In this document: piece after piece, positions 11,238-23,206 of the stretch
How the letters are laid out: every line of letters begins with the position of its first letter
Position numbering within the stretch: the first letter of the stretch is position 1
Source: Ginglymostoma cirratum
Taxonomy: Eukaryota
NCBI GenBank assembly: GCA_024137785.1
Contig: JAHRHZ010000012.1
Location: forward strand, 64,009,344 to 64,073,343
Reading direction: 5' to 3'
DNA length: 64,000 bases
Made by a program: the position numbers and the translations under genes
The notes under the pieces: model-generated
What the model was told of the DNA's origin: nothing
Database searches by the model: none
Seen by the model: only the letters and a program-made list of their open reading frames with translations

Positions 11238-13308
11238 TAGAGTTCAAGGTCCATATGTTCCTGTGAGGGTAAAGGGCAAGGTTGGCAGCGGTTGGGAACC
11301 CTGGGTGACAAGAGATATTGAGGCTTTGACCAGAAAAAAAAGGAGGCATAACTCAGGAGCAGGCAGCTGGGATCAAGGAAATCCCTGGAGGTATATAGGG
11401 GATACAGGAGTTTGCTGAAGAAGGAAATCAGGAAGGCAAAAAGGGGGCACTAGGTAGCTTTGGCTGAGAAGATTAAGGTGAATCCAAAGAGATTCTTTAA
11501 GTACATTAAAGGAAAAAAAAACTACAGAGAGAATAGGACCCCTCAAGGACCAAAGTGGACATGTATGCGTGGAATCGAGGAGATAGGTGAGGTCCTCAAC
11601 GACTATTTCTTCTTTGTGTTTACTGTGCAGAAAGACATGAAGACTTGGGAACTTGGGGAAGTTAGTGGCGATATCTTGGGGACAGTCCATATCACAGTGG
11701 AGAAATCTTGGAAGTATTAGACAGTATGAAGATGGATAACTCACCTGGTCCTGATCAGATATGCCTAAGAACCCTGCAAGAAGCTAGAGAAGAAATTGCA
11801 GGAGCCGTGGCTGATATGTTTGCATTATCGTTAACCACGGGTGAGGTCCTGGAAGGCTGGAGGGTAGCAAGTATTGTGCCCTTATGCAAGAAGGGCTGCA
11901 TAGAAAAATGTGGAAATTATAGACCAGTAAGCTTAACATGTGTGGTAGGTAAGCTACTTGAGAAGATTCTGAGGGATAAAATATACGTGCATTAAGAAAG
12001 ACAGCATTTGATTAGGAGTAGTCAGCATGGCTTCGTGTGTAGGAGATCATGCCTCACAAATTTGTTAGAGTTCTTTGATTAAGAAACCAGGAAGGTTGAT
12101 GAGGACAGGATGGCAGAATTAGTCTATAAGGATTTCAGTAAGGCCTTTGATAAGGTTCCACATGGTAGGCTGCTCTGGAATGTTAGATCGCATGGAATCT
12201 AGGGAGAGTTGGCAAATTGGATACACAATTGATTTGATGGTAGGAAGCAGAGGTTAATAGTGGAAGGATGTTTGTCTGACTGGAGGCCTGTGATTAGTGG
12301 TGTGCCTCAGGGTTGATGCTGGGTCCATTGCTGCTTGTTATCTATATTAATGATTTGGATGAGAATGTACAAGGCATGATTAGTAAGTTTGCGAATGACA
12401 CTAAAATAGGCGGTATCGTGGACAGTGAGGAAGGTTATCAGAAATTGCAGCAGGATCTTGATCAGCTGGGGAAGTCGGCCAAGAAATGGCAAATGGAGTT
12501 TAATATAGATAAGTGTGAGGTGTTGCATTTTGTAAAGTCAAATCAAGATAAGAGATTCATGGTGAATGGTAGCGCCTTAAGGAGTGAAGTGGAACAGATG
12601 GACCTTGGAGTTCAGGTGCATGGATCTATGGTAGTAGAGTCACGTGCAGCCAGGGCAGTGAAGAAGGCTTTTGGCACACAGGCCTTTATCAGTCAGGGCA
12701 TCAAGTATAGCAGTTGGGAAGTTATGTTGCACAGGGAGTTGGTGAGGCCGCACTTGGAATATTGTGTTCAGTTTTGGACACCTTACTATGGGAAGGATGT
12801 TATTAAACTGGAAAGAGTACTGAAGAAATTTATAAGGATATTGTCAGGATTCAAGGGACTGAGTTATAGGGAGAGGTTGGACAAGCTAGGACCTTTTTCC
12901 TTAGAGTGAGGGAGACTGAAGGGGGATTTTAAAGAAGTGTATAAGAGCATGAGAAGCATGGATAGGGTGAATGCACTCAGTGTTTTTCCCAGAGTTGGAG
13001 AATCGAAGACTAGAGGGCATCAGTTTAAGGTAAGGTAGGAAAGAATACATGGAAACCTAAGCGCTAACTTTTTTACACAGAGGGTGGTACGCATATGGAA
13101 TAAGCTGCCAGCAGAAGTGATTAAGGCAGATACATTAACAACACTTAAAATGCACTTGGATGAATGCATGAGCAGGAAAGGTTTAGAAGGCTATGGGCGA
13201 AGTGCAGGGAAATAGGGTTAGATTGTATGTACATTTGGTCGGCATGGGCCAGTTGGGTTGAAGGGCCTGTCTCTGTGCTGTAGGACTCTATGACTGTATA
13301 ACTCTGTG
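11238..13308 (+). mobile_element. 5'-truncated CR1 (HER1-like) LINE, ORF2 pseudogene
   Basis: ORFs 11460-12909 give NPKRFFKYIKGK, SPGPDQI, GNYRPVSLTCVVGKLLE, LGPLLLVIYINDLD, KFANDTKIGG, LVRPHLEYCVQFW. 3' tail GAAGGGCCTGTCTCTGTGCTGTAGGACTCTATGACT. Confidence 0.92.
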
Positions 13309-16300
13309 AACTGCTAATAAATAAGTTTTCTCAATAATAAGAAGGTTAGTTTTTCGCTCCAGACGAGATGTTTTTGGTTAAAACCCTGAAGGGTAAATTT
13401 GAAACTGAAAATGTCTAAGCTCATTTGAATGAAGGTTCAAGGAAGAAGCAATATGAAACTATATCTGAATCAAATGTTCTGCCTGATAAAGAAAGCATTT
13501 CTGACTGGGATTTGAGTACTTTAAAGGACTGCTATTGGTATAAATGGGGTTATAGTTTGCCATATGTTTCAAAGTATTTTAATTGTGATATATGTAAATA
13601 CTTTTATTTTTTCCAGTTTATCCTCAGTTAATTTCTATATTATAGTTAAAAGCAAATATGAAGGATTGTGTTCTTTTGTTACAATGAAACCAAACAGAAA
13701 ATCTGTGCATCCAAATTTCAGTTTGGTGTAACACGAGATTTGAATACATGGATGGCCCCAAATCATGAAACAAAGACTTTTATTCCACTGGCATCAGGTC
13801 ATTCCAAAGAAGGGAAATTAAGGATACTGAAGGAATTATTTACACAAAGTCCGTAGACTGACTGCACAGGTTACATTAAGCTAAAGGATTCATTTTTCTC
13901 TTCTCGCTTCCTATAAGCCCTTTCTCCACCAAAGACACTTTCTGTTCCAGCAAGAGTCTGTTTGACTGCTCCAGATAACCTCCCTCACTGTTGCAACTTA
14001 CTAGTGGAGTTCATGGCAAACTGTAACTCCCTTGCTGTGTTTCCTCCATTGCCCCTTGCTACCCAAAGTCCCCTTACACACCTCCTAGCTTGAAACTTGC
14101 TGTCTCAGCAACTACACATAGCACACTGTCACTGTGTGCTAAGGTGAGGTGAGATTATCAGGTTCAGTTGTTCCATAATGTTTAGGAAGGGTGATCTGGC
14201 TCTTGGCAATGCAATGTACGTTACAAAGCTATTGGAAGATCTTGCACTTAAAGTTGTGTTCCTGACCCCTGCTCACTCCGAAACGAATGTGGAAAACCAA
14301 AATGGACTAACTAATCACTTCAGGTTTTTTGGATAATGATAAGGGAGGGAGGAGGAGGTTCAATATCTCGGATGAACTTGATGAAGACATTTGTGAGTAC
14401 AAAGAAACATGCACAGTCACATTCATACTGGGGTCAGCACTGTGAAATCCATCAGCAGTATCTCTAGTGGTCTCTTGGCAACTAGTGAGCCCATGTTAGC
14501 GTGAAGTCACTTCTGTCCTTAAGCCAAAGTACGCCTTTTACAATTTCAACAGTAGTCATCATTATGAGCATCCTGGGCCAGTATCATTGCTCTCTAGGCA
14601 GGGAAGTCTTTTTCTTTCCATCCCTTGGTGCCCTGCTTGATCATGAATTGTTACCAACACTTGGAACCTCAGATGGTCGGGAAGTGTGAATTGCTTCACC
14701 TCTCTTTCCTTGTCATGAACCAGCTGATAGAGGATCCTCTTTCTTGATCCTCTCCAGGCATCGATTCTGTGTCTGTTTGGTCTCCCTCATTAGCTGGCCC
14801 TGGGTTTGTGGAGTGATGGTGCTGTTCCCTAATGTCTGTGTCAATTAGTTGAAGCTGCCTGAGCTTCTCTTTCAAAGATATATGGCAAAGGTGAAACCAT
14901 GCCTGGCTCTTATGTCTGGACCTGGTTTACATCTCACTTGTAAGTGCACCATTGACACTCCACTCAGTCTGAATCCCAATGTCATAGGGAATCAGAGTTG
15001 GGATGACGCCTTTGACTTGGTGCACACACATGGCATCAGCCACAGCTTCCTTTAGCCAGGCAGAGGAAGCTTCCTTCCAGTAACCAGTCTTCCAACAAAA
15101 TCAGCAATCAGAATTTGTATTGCTTTTACCTGGTCTATGTCAGATTTGGAATCAAAACTGAATGAGTCAGGCCATTGGGCGTCTGTTACTCCCAGCTTGG
15201 TGGATGTTCAACAGTTGTTGAGTGATTGTTATTGGTGAACAATTCAAACGTTGCACCAATCAGAATGTCTCTAAAACTCTGGGAAATCCATACTGAATTA
15301 ATTCTCCATTTTCCTCTCCTTTGCCTTCAGACACTGACTGGCATAAGCAATAACCACTTTTTTTCTGCCCTTGAACCTGTGACAGCACCACTCATGGGCC
15401 AAGGAAACTGGCAAGGAAAACAAAGTAACTGGTTTCTAGTATGAAAGCGATTTGGAAATATGAGTAGTCAAGGTCAGGTGAGGAGACAAGCTACTGCTTG
15501 AGAGTGCAAATGAAATCTTCCCCAGCTGGGGTTCAAGTTCCTGTAATGATCGATGAAATATCACACTTTGTACATCATTTCCCAAACACTCCTTCAGCAT
15601 TGACTGATTTCCTCAGCAAATCATGAGTGGGACAGCCAATGATGACCAGCCTTGCACAAACCTCATGTAGTAACCAAATGGACCAAAGAATCCACACACC
15701 ACTCTCTTTTTGTCTTGGGTAGAGCCCATTCAGTAACCACTCACACTTTTTCATTGTCAAGCATAATTCATTCCTTGGTACTTAAGTGTCCCATGCACTG
15801 TACTTTTGTCCGGGAATGTCTGGATTTGACTTTCAGCTTAAACTGTGACAAGTGGGCTAAGACAGTCTCTGGACTTGCAAAGCTCTCTTCAAATGTCAAG
15901 CTAAAGATGAATATGTCATCCGGATACACCAAAGGGATTGAAAATTGATGTCACAAAAGCTTTATCCATCCTGTACATGAAGGTTACAGAGATATTTTGG
16001 AGCCCAAATGGCATCTTTGTGTATTTGTAAAGTACCCTGTTGAGTGTTCATTTTTCAATGCTTTGTTCAGCAATGGGTAACTGGTTATAACCTATTGAGA
16101 TTGCAGAAATATTTTACATATTTGTGAACTTGCAAAGGTCCTCAATCTTAGCTAGACAGACAGAGATTGAGGGGGTGAAGCCAACATTTTGTGCCTTATC
16201 CATGCAGGATCTTTTGGATACATTTCTCTAACCGCCACTAAGTGAACAGTAGTGTTTACAACATTTGTGCTTCACAATGAGGTGCTCACTGAACTCTGCC

Positions 16301-17444
16301 ACTTTTTGCCACTAGGTCTGCAGCAAGAATTTTGACTGTGACACTGAGTTTTTTTCTTGTCAGGATCCTTCCAGGCTGGAACAGGTAACATACCCAATAT
16401 CTCCCAGTTTGTTCTCAATGCAGGAGCAGAAAGATGACAAATACTCTGAGACGATTTTATGGAATTGCGTCGGATTGGTGGAAGGAGGTGGACTACATGT
16501 GTAGTTTTGCAGGATAACAGGCTTCCTCATGGTGCAGGGTGCCATCAACTGTATATAGTCTATCCTGTACCTATTTTATGATTACATGATTCTATGCATT
16601 ACTTATCTAGCAGTTACCAGTTGTACAGGAATTTACAGTTGACATTAACAATATTATGATGATTTTGTTGTAATCACTGATCCTAGCTTTCATTCACCAA
16701 GTTACTCATCTAAAGTCATTGTTTGATTTACGATATTGTGCTGTAATCAGTAACAATGAATGTTCAGGCCAAGTCTGTACAAGTAAAATGCATAACCAAT
16801 TAGACACCTCACTCTTTCGTCACTGCATAAAATGGATACAATTGGCAATTGTAAGGCATATATTTAAACTAAATATTAACTACAAGTAGTCTGTGAAGAC
16901 ATAGTAAGCACATGTGCCTAATGCTAATCCAGAACAATACTATCATTTCTATTCATGGGTGGCTTAAATTATCCAATTGTATTTTAGATAATGTTATCCT
17001 AATTTAAACTTAAATGTGGATGAATCACTAGACCTTTGCTAACCAAAAGCACATGAAAAATAATGGCTGGGGAAATCTTAATTATTTCTTTCAATAAGCT
17101 AATCAGGTTGGAGACACTTCCTCAGAGAGTTATCTAAGTCAGATACATTCCAGTCAGAAGCATGGTACAGTTGCACCCCCATCAAACTCCCATAAAGGGT
17201 CCAGGACAAAAGTCCAATTACTCTACCACTGAACAGAATATAAAAAGCAGCAAAGAATGAGCAAAAAATTAATAAAGAGGTAAAAGTAACAGCATGGCAG
17301 AAAGCTAACCAGAAGTATGAAAACAGATAGTAAGAGTTTCTATTAATATTTAAAGAAGAGTTAACAAAAGAGCATTTGTCATTTTGAAAGTCAGACTGCA
17401 GACTTAGTAACGGAAAACATGGAGATGGTAGATGAAATAAACAA

Positions 17445-17776
17445 AAAACAGAAGTTGCTGGAAAAGCTCAATAGGTCTGGCAGCATCTGCGAAGAGAAGT
17501 CAGAGTTAACATTTCAGGACTAGTGACCCTCCCTCAGATGAGTCCATTCTGAGGAAGCGTCACTGGACTCAAAACATTAACTTTGTTTTCTCTCCATAGA
17601 TGCTGCCAGACCTGCTGAGCCTTTGCAGCAACTTATCATTTTGTTTCTGATTTACAGCATCTGCAGTACATTTGGTTTTTAAACAAAAATGAGAAATTGC
17701 TTGAGTAAATCAACAGGTCTGGCAGCATGTGGAGAGAAAACAAAGTTAATGTTTTGAGTCCAGTCACCCTTCCCAG
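17445..17776. mobile_element. Family-B fold-back element (17445-17680) plus an adjacent partial family-B copy (17681-17776)
   Basis: Inverted arms GTTGCTGGAAAAGCTCAATAGGTCTGGCAGCATCT / AGATGCTGCCAGACCTGCTGAGCCTTTGCAGCAAC around two decayed, oppositely oriented CTGAGG.. cores. Tail CAGCATCTGCAGTAC. Confidence 0.7.
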
Positions 17777-17836
17777 TTAACAAGGCGTGGGGCTGGATGA
17801 ACACAGCAGGCCAAGCAGCATCATAGGAGCAGGAAA

Positions 17837-17872
17837 ACTTGACGTTTCGGGCCTAGACCCTTCATCAGAAAT
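17837..17872 (-). ncRNA. Minimal type I hammerhead ribozyme motif in the PLE 3' end
   Basis: Minus strand reads AUUU|CUGAUGA|A|GGGU-CUAG-GCCC|GAAAC|GUC|AAGU, with all conserved core positions present. Penelope-like elements are known to encode minimal hammerheads. Confidence 0.75.
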
Positions 17873-18170
17873 GGGGGAGGGGAAGAGGGTTCTGAAATAA
17901 ATAGGGAGAGAGGGGGAGGCGGATAGAGGATGGATAGAGGAGAGGATAGGTGGAGAGGAGGCAGACAGGTCGAAGAGGCGGGGATGGAGCCAGTAAAGGT
18001 GAGTGTAGATGGGGGGGTAGGGAGGAGATAGGTCAGTCCAGGGAGGACGGACAGGTCAAGGGGGCGGGATGATGTTAGTAGATAGGAGATGGGTGTGGGG
18101 TTTGAGGTGGGAGGAGGGGATAGGTGAGAGGAAGAACAGGTTAGGGAGCTGGAGATGAGCTGGGCTGGTT

Positions 18171-19883
18171 TTAGGATGCGGTTGGGGGAGGGGAGATTTC
18201 GAAACTTGTGAAATCCACATTGATGCCATTGGGCTGCAGGGTTCCCAGGCTGAATATGATTTGTTGTTCCTGCTGCCTTCGGGTGGCATCACTGTGGCAT
18301 TGCAGGAGGCCCAGGATGGATGTGTCGTCTGAGGAATGGGAGGGGGAGTTGAAATGGTTTGCGACTGGGAGATGCAGTTGTTTGTTGCAAACTGAGCGCA
18401 GGTGTTCTACAAAGTGGTCCCCAAGCCTCCGCTTGGTTTCCCCGATGTAGAGGAAGCCACAACGGGTACAGCGGATGCAGTATACCACATTGGCAGATGT
18501 GCAGGTGAACATCTGCCTGATGTGGAAAGTCTTCTTGGGGCCTGGGATTGGGGTGAGGGAGGAGGTGTGGGGGCAGGTGTAGCACTTCCTGCGGTTGCAG
18601 GGAAAAGTGCCGGGTGTGGTGGGGCTGGAGGGGAGTGTGGAGCGGACAAGGGAGTCGCGGAGGGAGTGGTCCCTCCGGAAGGCAGATAAGGGTGGGGAGG
18701 GAAAGATGTCTTTGGTGGTGGGGTCTGATTGCAGATGGCAGAAGTGTCGGAGGATGATGCGTTGGATCCGGAGTTTGGTGGGGTGGTACGTGAGGAAGAG
18801 GGGGATTCTTTTTTGGTTATTATTGAGGGGACGGGGCGTGAGGGATGTGTTACGGGAAATGCGGGAGACACGGTCGAGGGCGTTCTCGACCACTGCGGGG
18901 GGGAAGTTGCGGTCCCTGAAGAATGAGGACACCTGAGATGTACGGGAGTGGAATGTCTCATCCTGGGAGCAGATGCAGTGGAGGCGAAGGAATTGGGAAT
19001 AGGGGATGGCATTTTTGCAGGAAGGTGGGTGGGAGGAGGTGTATTCCAGGTAGCTGTGGGAGTCAGTGGGCTTGAAATGGACATCGGTTTCTAGGTGGTT
19101 ACCCGAGATGGAGACAGAGAGGTCCAGGAAGGAGAGAGAAGTGTTGGAGATGGTCCAGGTGAACTTCAGGTTGGGGTAGAAGGTGTTGGTGAAGTGGATG
19201 AACTGTTCGAGCTCCTCGTGGGAGCACGAGGCGGCGCCGATGCAGTCATCAATGTAACGGAGAAAGAGGTGGGGTTTAGGGCCAGTGTAGGTACGGAAGA
19301 GGGATTGTTCCACGTAACCTACAAAGAGGCAGGCATAGCTTGGGCCCATGCGGGTACCCATGGCCACACCATTTGTCTGTAGGAATTGGGAGGAATTGAA
19401 AGAGAAGTTGTTGAGGGTGAGGACGAGTTCGGCTAAGTGGATGAGGGTGTCGGTGGAGGGGGATTGGTCAGTTCTGCTGGACAGGAAGAAGCGGAGGGCC
19501 TTTAGGCCATCTGCATGGGGAATACAGGTGTATAGGGACTGGACGTCCATGGTAAAAATGAGTTGATGGGGACCGGGGAATTGGAAGTTCTGGAGGAAGT
19601 GGAGGGCGTGGGTGGTGTCATGGAGGTAGGTAGGGAGTTCCTGGACCAAGGGGGTGAAAATGGAGTCTAGGTAGGTGGAGATGAGTTCGGTGGGGCAGGA
19701 GCAGGCGGAGATAATGGGTCGACCAGGGCAGTCAGGTTTGTGGATTTTGGGAAGGAGATAGAAGCAGGCGGTGCAGGGTTGGGGAACGATGAGGTTGGAG
19801 GCGGTGGGTGGGAGGTCACCTGAGGTGATGAGGTTGTGGAAGGTTTGGGAGATGATGGTTTGGTGCTCGGGGGTGGGGTCATG
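18171..19883 (-). CDS. Penelope-like reverse transcriptase / GIY-YIG endonuclease, N-terminally truncated
   Basis: YLLPKIHK..PGRPIIS, FTMDVQSLYTCIP, GVAMGTRMGPSYA, LRYIDD, FLDL, Cys linker CNRRKCYTC..FTC, VVYCIRCTRCGFLYIGET..EH..NH..E..GIN. The first ~29 aa of track ORF 18171-19970 lie outside the element. Confidence 0.9.
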   Translation of the reverse strand, partial: HDPTPEHQTIISQTFHNLITSGDLPPTASNLIVPQPCTACFYLLPKIHKPDCPGRPIISACSCPTELISTYLDSIFTPLVQELPTYLHDTTHALHFLQNFQFPGPHQLIFTMDVQSLYTCIPHADGLKALRFFLSSRTDQSPSTDTLIHLAELVLTLNNFSFNSSQFLQTNGVAMGTRMGPSYACLFVGYVEQSLFRTYTGPKPHLFLRYIDDCIGAASCSHEELEQFIHFTNTFYPNLKFTWTISNTSLSFLDLSVSISGNHLETDVHFKPTDSHSYLEYTSSHPPSCKNAIPYSQFLRLHCICSQDETFHSRTSQVSSFFRDRNFPPAVVENALDRVSRISRNTSLTPRPLNNNQKRIPLFLTYHPTKLRIQRIILRHFCHLQSDPTTKDIFPSPPLSAFRRDHSLRDSLVRSTLPSSPTTPGTFPCNRRKCYTCPHTSSLTPIPGPKKTFHIRQMFTCTSANVVYCIRCTRCGFLYIGETKRRLGDHFVEHLRSVCNKQLHLPVANHFNSPSHSSDDTSILGLLQCHSDATRRQQEQQIIFSLGTLQPNGINVDFTSFEISPPPTAS

Positions 19884-20879
19884 TTCCCAGTTCTTTGTTT
19901 CAGTTGAGATGGTGTACGATTTGAACGGGTATTTTGTTTTGATCTTCACCATAGAAAATAAAACTAACATCCCTGAAATCAGGAATTAGAAGAGAGGAAG
20001 GAACTCAGAAAAATTGCAGACACCAGAGATATGGTACTGAGTAAACTGTTGGAGCTGCATTCTTACAAGTGTTTGGGATCTGATGGAGTTCAACACAGGG
20101 TTTTACAAAAAATTGCTATCGAGAAAGTTGATGCAATGGTATTCATTTTCCAAAATTTCCTTGATTCAGTAACTGCACCATTAAATGTGAAAATAGCAAA
20201 TGTAACTCCTTTATTCAAAAACAGAGGAGATAGAAATCAGGAAACTACAGGTCTGATATCATGGAGGAAATGTTAAAAGCTGTTATCTAAAAAAGCAATG
20301 TGGCGCATGGATAAGTTTAAGGTAATCAAACAGAGTCAACATGGCTTTGTGAAAGGGAAATCATATTTGACTAATTTAATAATGTTTTTGAGTAGGCAAT
20401 GTGAACCAATGGAAGCATCGTGTTTAGAATTCCAGAAGTCATTTGATAAGGCACCACATCAAAGGTTATTGTAAACAGTGAAAAGTAGAGGGAAGCATAA
20501 AAGACAGAGGATAAAAGATTAGCTGGCTAATAGAAAGCAGAGAGTAGGTGTTAGAGTCTTTTATGGGTTGACAAGGTGTAACATGTGGTGTACCATAGGG
20601 ATTGATACTGAGATCTCATGTGTTTACAATTTTTACAAATAATTTAGATGAAGGGAAGAAAAGTATGGTTGCAAAATTTGCAGGCAGAACAAACATAGGT
20701 AGGATGGTAAGTTGTGAATAGGGCACAAGAAGGTTATAAAAAGTTATTGACAGGTTGTATGATTGGGCAAAGATGTGGCAAATGGAAGTATAATGTGGAA
20801 AATGTGAAAACGTCCATTTTGGCAGGAAGAATTTTTTTAAAAAAGCATATGGTCTAATTGTGCTGAAAACCTGATCAAG

Positions 20880-21260
20880 CTTTTGTGATTTCTTGGCTTT
20901 CCTAAATCTCTTTTGTTCCAAAGAGAACAATGTGGTTCTTTCCAAACTAATTAAAAACCCTACCTCCCCTACTGGAACCATTCAGGTCTGCCTCTCAGCT
21001 ACCTTCACATTTTTCCTAAAATGTGATAACCAGGTATGGGCACAGTACTCTCGTTGGGGTCTAACCAGGGCTTTATGGAAGTACACCCTTTTTTTTGTAC
21101 TAATGACTCTGTTTCTGAAGCCCTAGTTACCATATACTTTATTAACCAATCTCCAATTATGTCCTGTTAACTTCAAGGATCAATGAACATGCATTCACTG
21201 ATCCATTTGTTGTTTCCATTTATTTAGTACTGTACTGTTAAGTCTACATTGCCTCTCTAT
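20880..21260 (-). mobile_element. Decayed CR1 fragment
   Basis: CAGTACTCTCGTTGGGGTCTAACCAGGGCTTTAT is the reverse complement of the YKALVRP.(L)EYC motif. Confidence 0.55.
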
Positions 21261-22364
21261 CCTTTCTGTTAACAAATTATATTTTACGGTAATTTTAACT
21301 CCCCTCTTAACCTGATAAACCACTGGCCCTTGGAGAAAACTGGAGTCTGGAATAGAGTTCAACTCATCCATCATGATGGTATGATGATCAGTGGTGGCTT
21401 CACTGGAGGAGAACTTTCTTTGGCAACACTGCTACTCTAACATCTAGAGATAGCTCATCCAGAGATAAATTAATAACGGGAGTGACAAAGGCTACCTTTT
21501 TCTCTGTGCTAGAACCTGGTAGCAACTTCCTCTTGGACTTTCTCTTGCTTTGTCTCCCAAGGCTGCCTCAGCAGGTCCTCATGAGGATGTTGTTGTCCAG
21601 CTCCTTTTGCCCACACATTCCTTCCTCTTAGGTGTTTCTCCTCACTGGAGGACCAACTATCTGGCTGCATGTCACAACTGCGTGGTGGTAAGTGGGCACT
21701 CCCGATCTAAAGACTATTCTCCCAGAATGGTTCATTCAACCATTCCACACCATCTCAGCTCACCCTCAACAAATCCATCAACCAGGTGGTATTATAGATG
21801 CTCAACCACAAGACCTTGTCACATGACCAATCCAGAATCCATATTCCTACTGCCCTCTGGCAAAAATGTTTTTACTCAAATCCTCTTGAAATCTCTTGAC
21901 TTTTACCTTAAAATTATACCCCTTGTTGCTGTAATTACCGTGTTGCTCCAAACATCCTGTATAGATGCCAGCTGCCAAATGCACAACTAACCTGAGCTGA
22001 TGCTTCGTTGCCAGCCTAAAGCTCAGTGCCACCCACCTTCCATACTTTACAGAAAATTGGAACAATTGTATAAAATTACAATCAACTTCTACTTTAATTG
22101 CCTTAAATACCTTTTCTTTCAGAATCCTGCGTAGATCCCACAAGATTTGCTTTCTGCCCTGGTAGAATCAGTACTGATGGGATAATACATTGTGTCACTT
22201 TTCCTGTAACCCCGTTCATCTCCACCACCTCAGTTCCACAGTGTCCCCAAAATGGTCACAACATCTAGCCGTAGTATTTTGAAATGTAGTAACTCACCAA
22301 GGTTCCTTTGACACATTTTCCAAGCCTGCAAACACTACCACCAGAAAGACAAATCTAGCAGACA

Positions 22365-22850
22365 GAATATAGGACACGAACAGGTCCTTCAGCTCACCAT
22401 GTCTGTGCCAACCACAATGTCATTCTAAACTAAATCTCATCTGCCTGAATGTGGACCGTATCTCATTATTACCTCTTATCCCTATTGCCCTTCTTAAACA
22501 TAGAGACAACATCAGCTATTCTCCAGTCTTCTGGGACTTTGCCTGGTACAATAATTTACTCCTTTAAGTCTTTGTATAAATCTGGTGAATCTGAGCTGTA
22601 CTTTTTCCCAGGCAATATATCTCTTTTCCAAGTTCAGTGGCCAGAATTGAATGCAGCACTCCAGCTGGAAACTGGCCAACTGAAACATCACTGCCACACT
22701 ATTGAACTCCATCATCCTGAGGTAAAAGCCAACATACCATTAGCTTTTACAATTGCTTTCTCTGTTTGTCCTTCAACTTTCAGTGATTTATCTACACAGA
22801 TATCTCAATCCATTTGTTCCTCCATAGCGTGCCACTTCTCATTTCTCATG
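22365..22850 (-). mobile_element. Decayed CR1 fragments (3' tail and ORF2)
   Basis: ACAGGTCCTTCAGCTCACCATGTCTGTGCC tail; minus frame gives QLECCIQFWP..EKVQLRFTR. Confidence 0.55.
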
Positions 22851-22998
22851 TGAGATCTTTCTCAATGGTGGGAGCAACATATCCCATTTTCTAATTAGGT
22901 TCCCCATGTTGAGATGAGATTCTTTGTATTGAGCAGCAAGAGGCACATTAATGGGGATTATTGCTCATTCTCATCCTCATTATTAATTTATCTCACAT

Positions 22999-23006
22999 CA
23001 CACACA

Positions 23007-23037
<31 letters not shown>
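22999..23037. repeat. (CA)n microsatellite
   Basis: Seen directly. Confidence 0.95.
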
Positions 23038-23040
<3 letters not shown>

Positions 23041-23119
23041 CCTAATCTATCAACCGCCAGATAAAAACCAGACACTAGGAATTCTTGACATGAAAGTGGT
23101 GCATTTGAAGAACATGCAG

Positions 23120-23126
<7 letters not shown>

Positions 23127-23189
<63 letters not shown>

Positions 23190-23206
23190 ATCTTTGTGTG
23201 TGTGTT
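23127..23206. repeat. Compound (TG)n(TCTG)n microsatellite
   Basis: Seen directly. Confidence 0.95.

Larger units (their letters stand above)
17779..19883 (-). mobile_element. Young 5'-truncated Penelope-like retroelement (Neptune-type), 9-bp TSD
   Basis: Uninterrupted RT + GIY-YIG frame. TSD TTCCCAGTT at 17770-17778 and 19884-19892. GC-rich and CpG-rich relative to its flanks. Pyrimidine-rich 3' UTR and hammerhead motif near the 3' end. Confidence 0.92.
17230..20850 (+). mobile_element. Old CR1 ORF2 fragment split by nested insertions (CR1 parts ~17230-17442 and ~19905-20850)
   Basis: CR1-like sequence reads through across the interruption (GAGATGGT..AAC is roughly duplicated at 17422 and 19906). 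Downstream frames give CLGSDGVQHRVL and KIANVTPLFK. Confidence 0.7.

Noticed and set aside
14500-16330. Possible old DNA-transposon or Myb-like relics (also ~5900-6600 and 21540-22050)
   Set aside because: Only vague motif resemblance; cannot be supported without a profile search.
19884-19970. N-terminal 29 aa of the 599-aa ORF as a true start
   Set aside because: Lies outside the TSD-defined element, mostly in old CR1 DNA, and starts at a non-ATG codon.
18056-19989. Many overlapping ORFs on both strands of the PLE
   Set aside because: Alternative frames of GC-rich, stop-poor coding DNA with low-complexity products.
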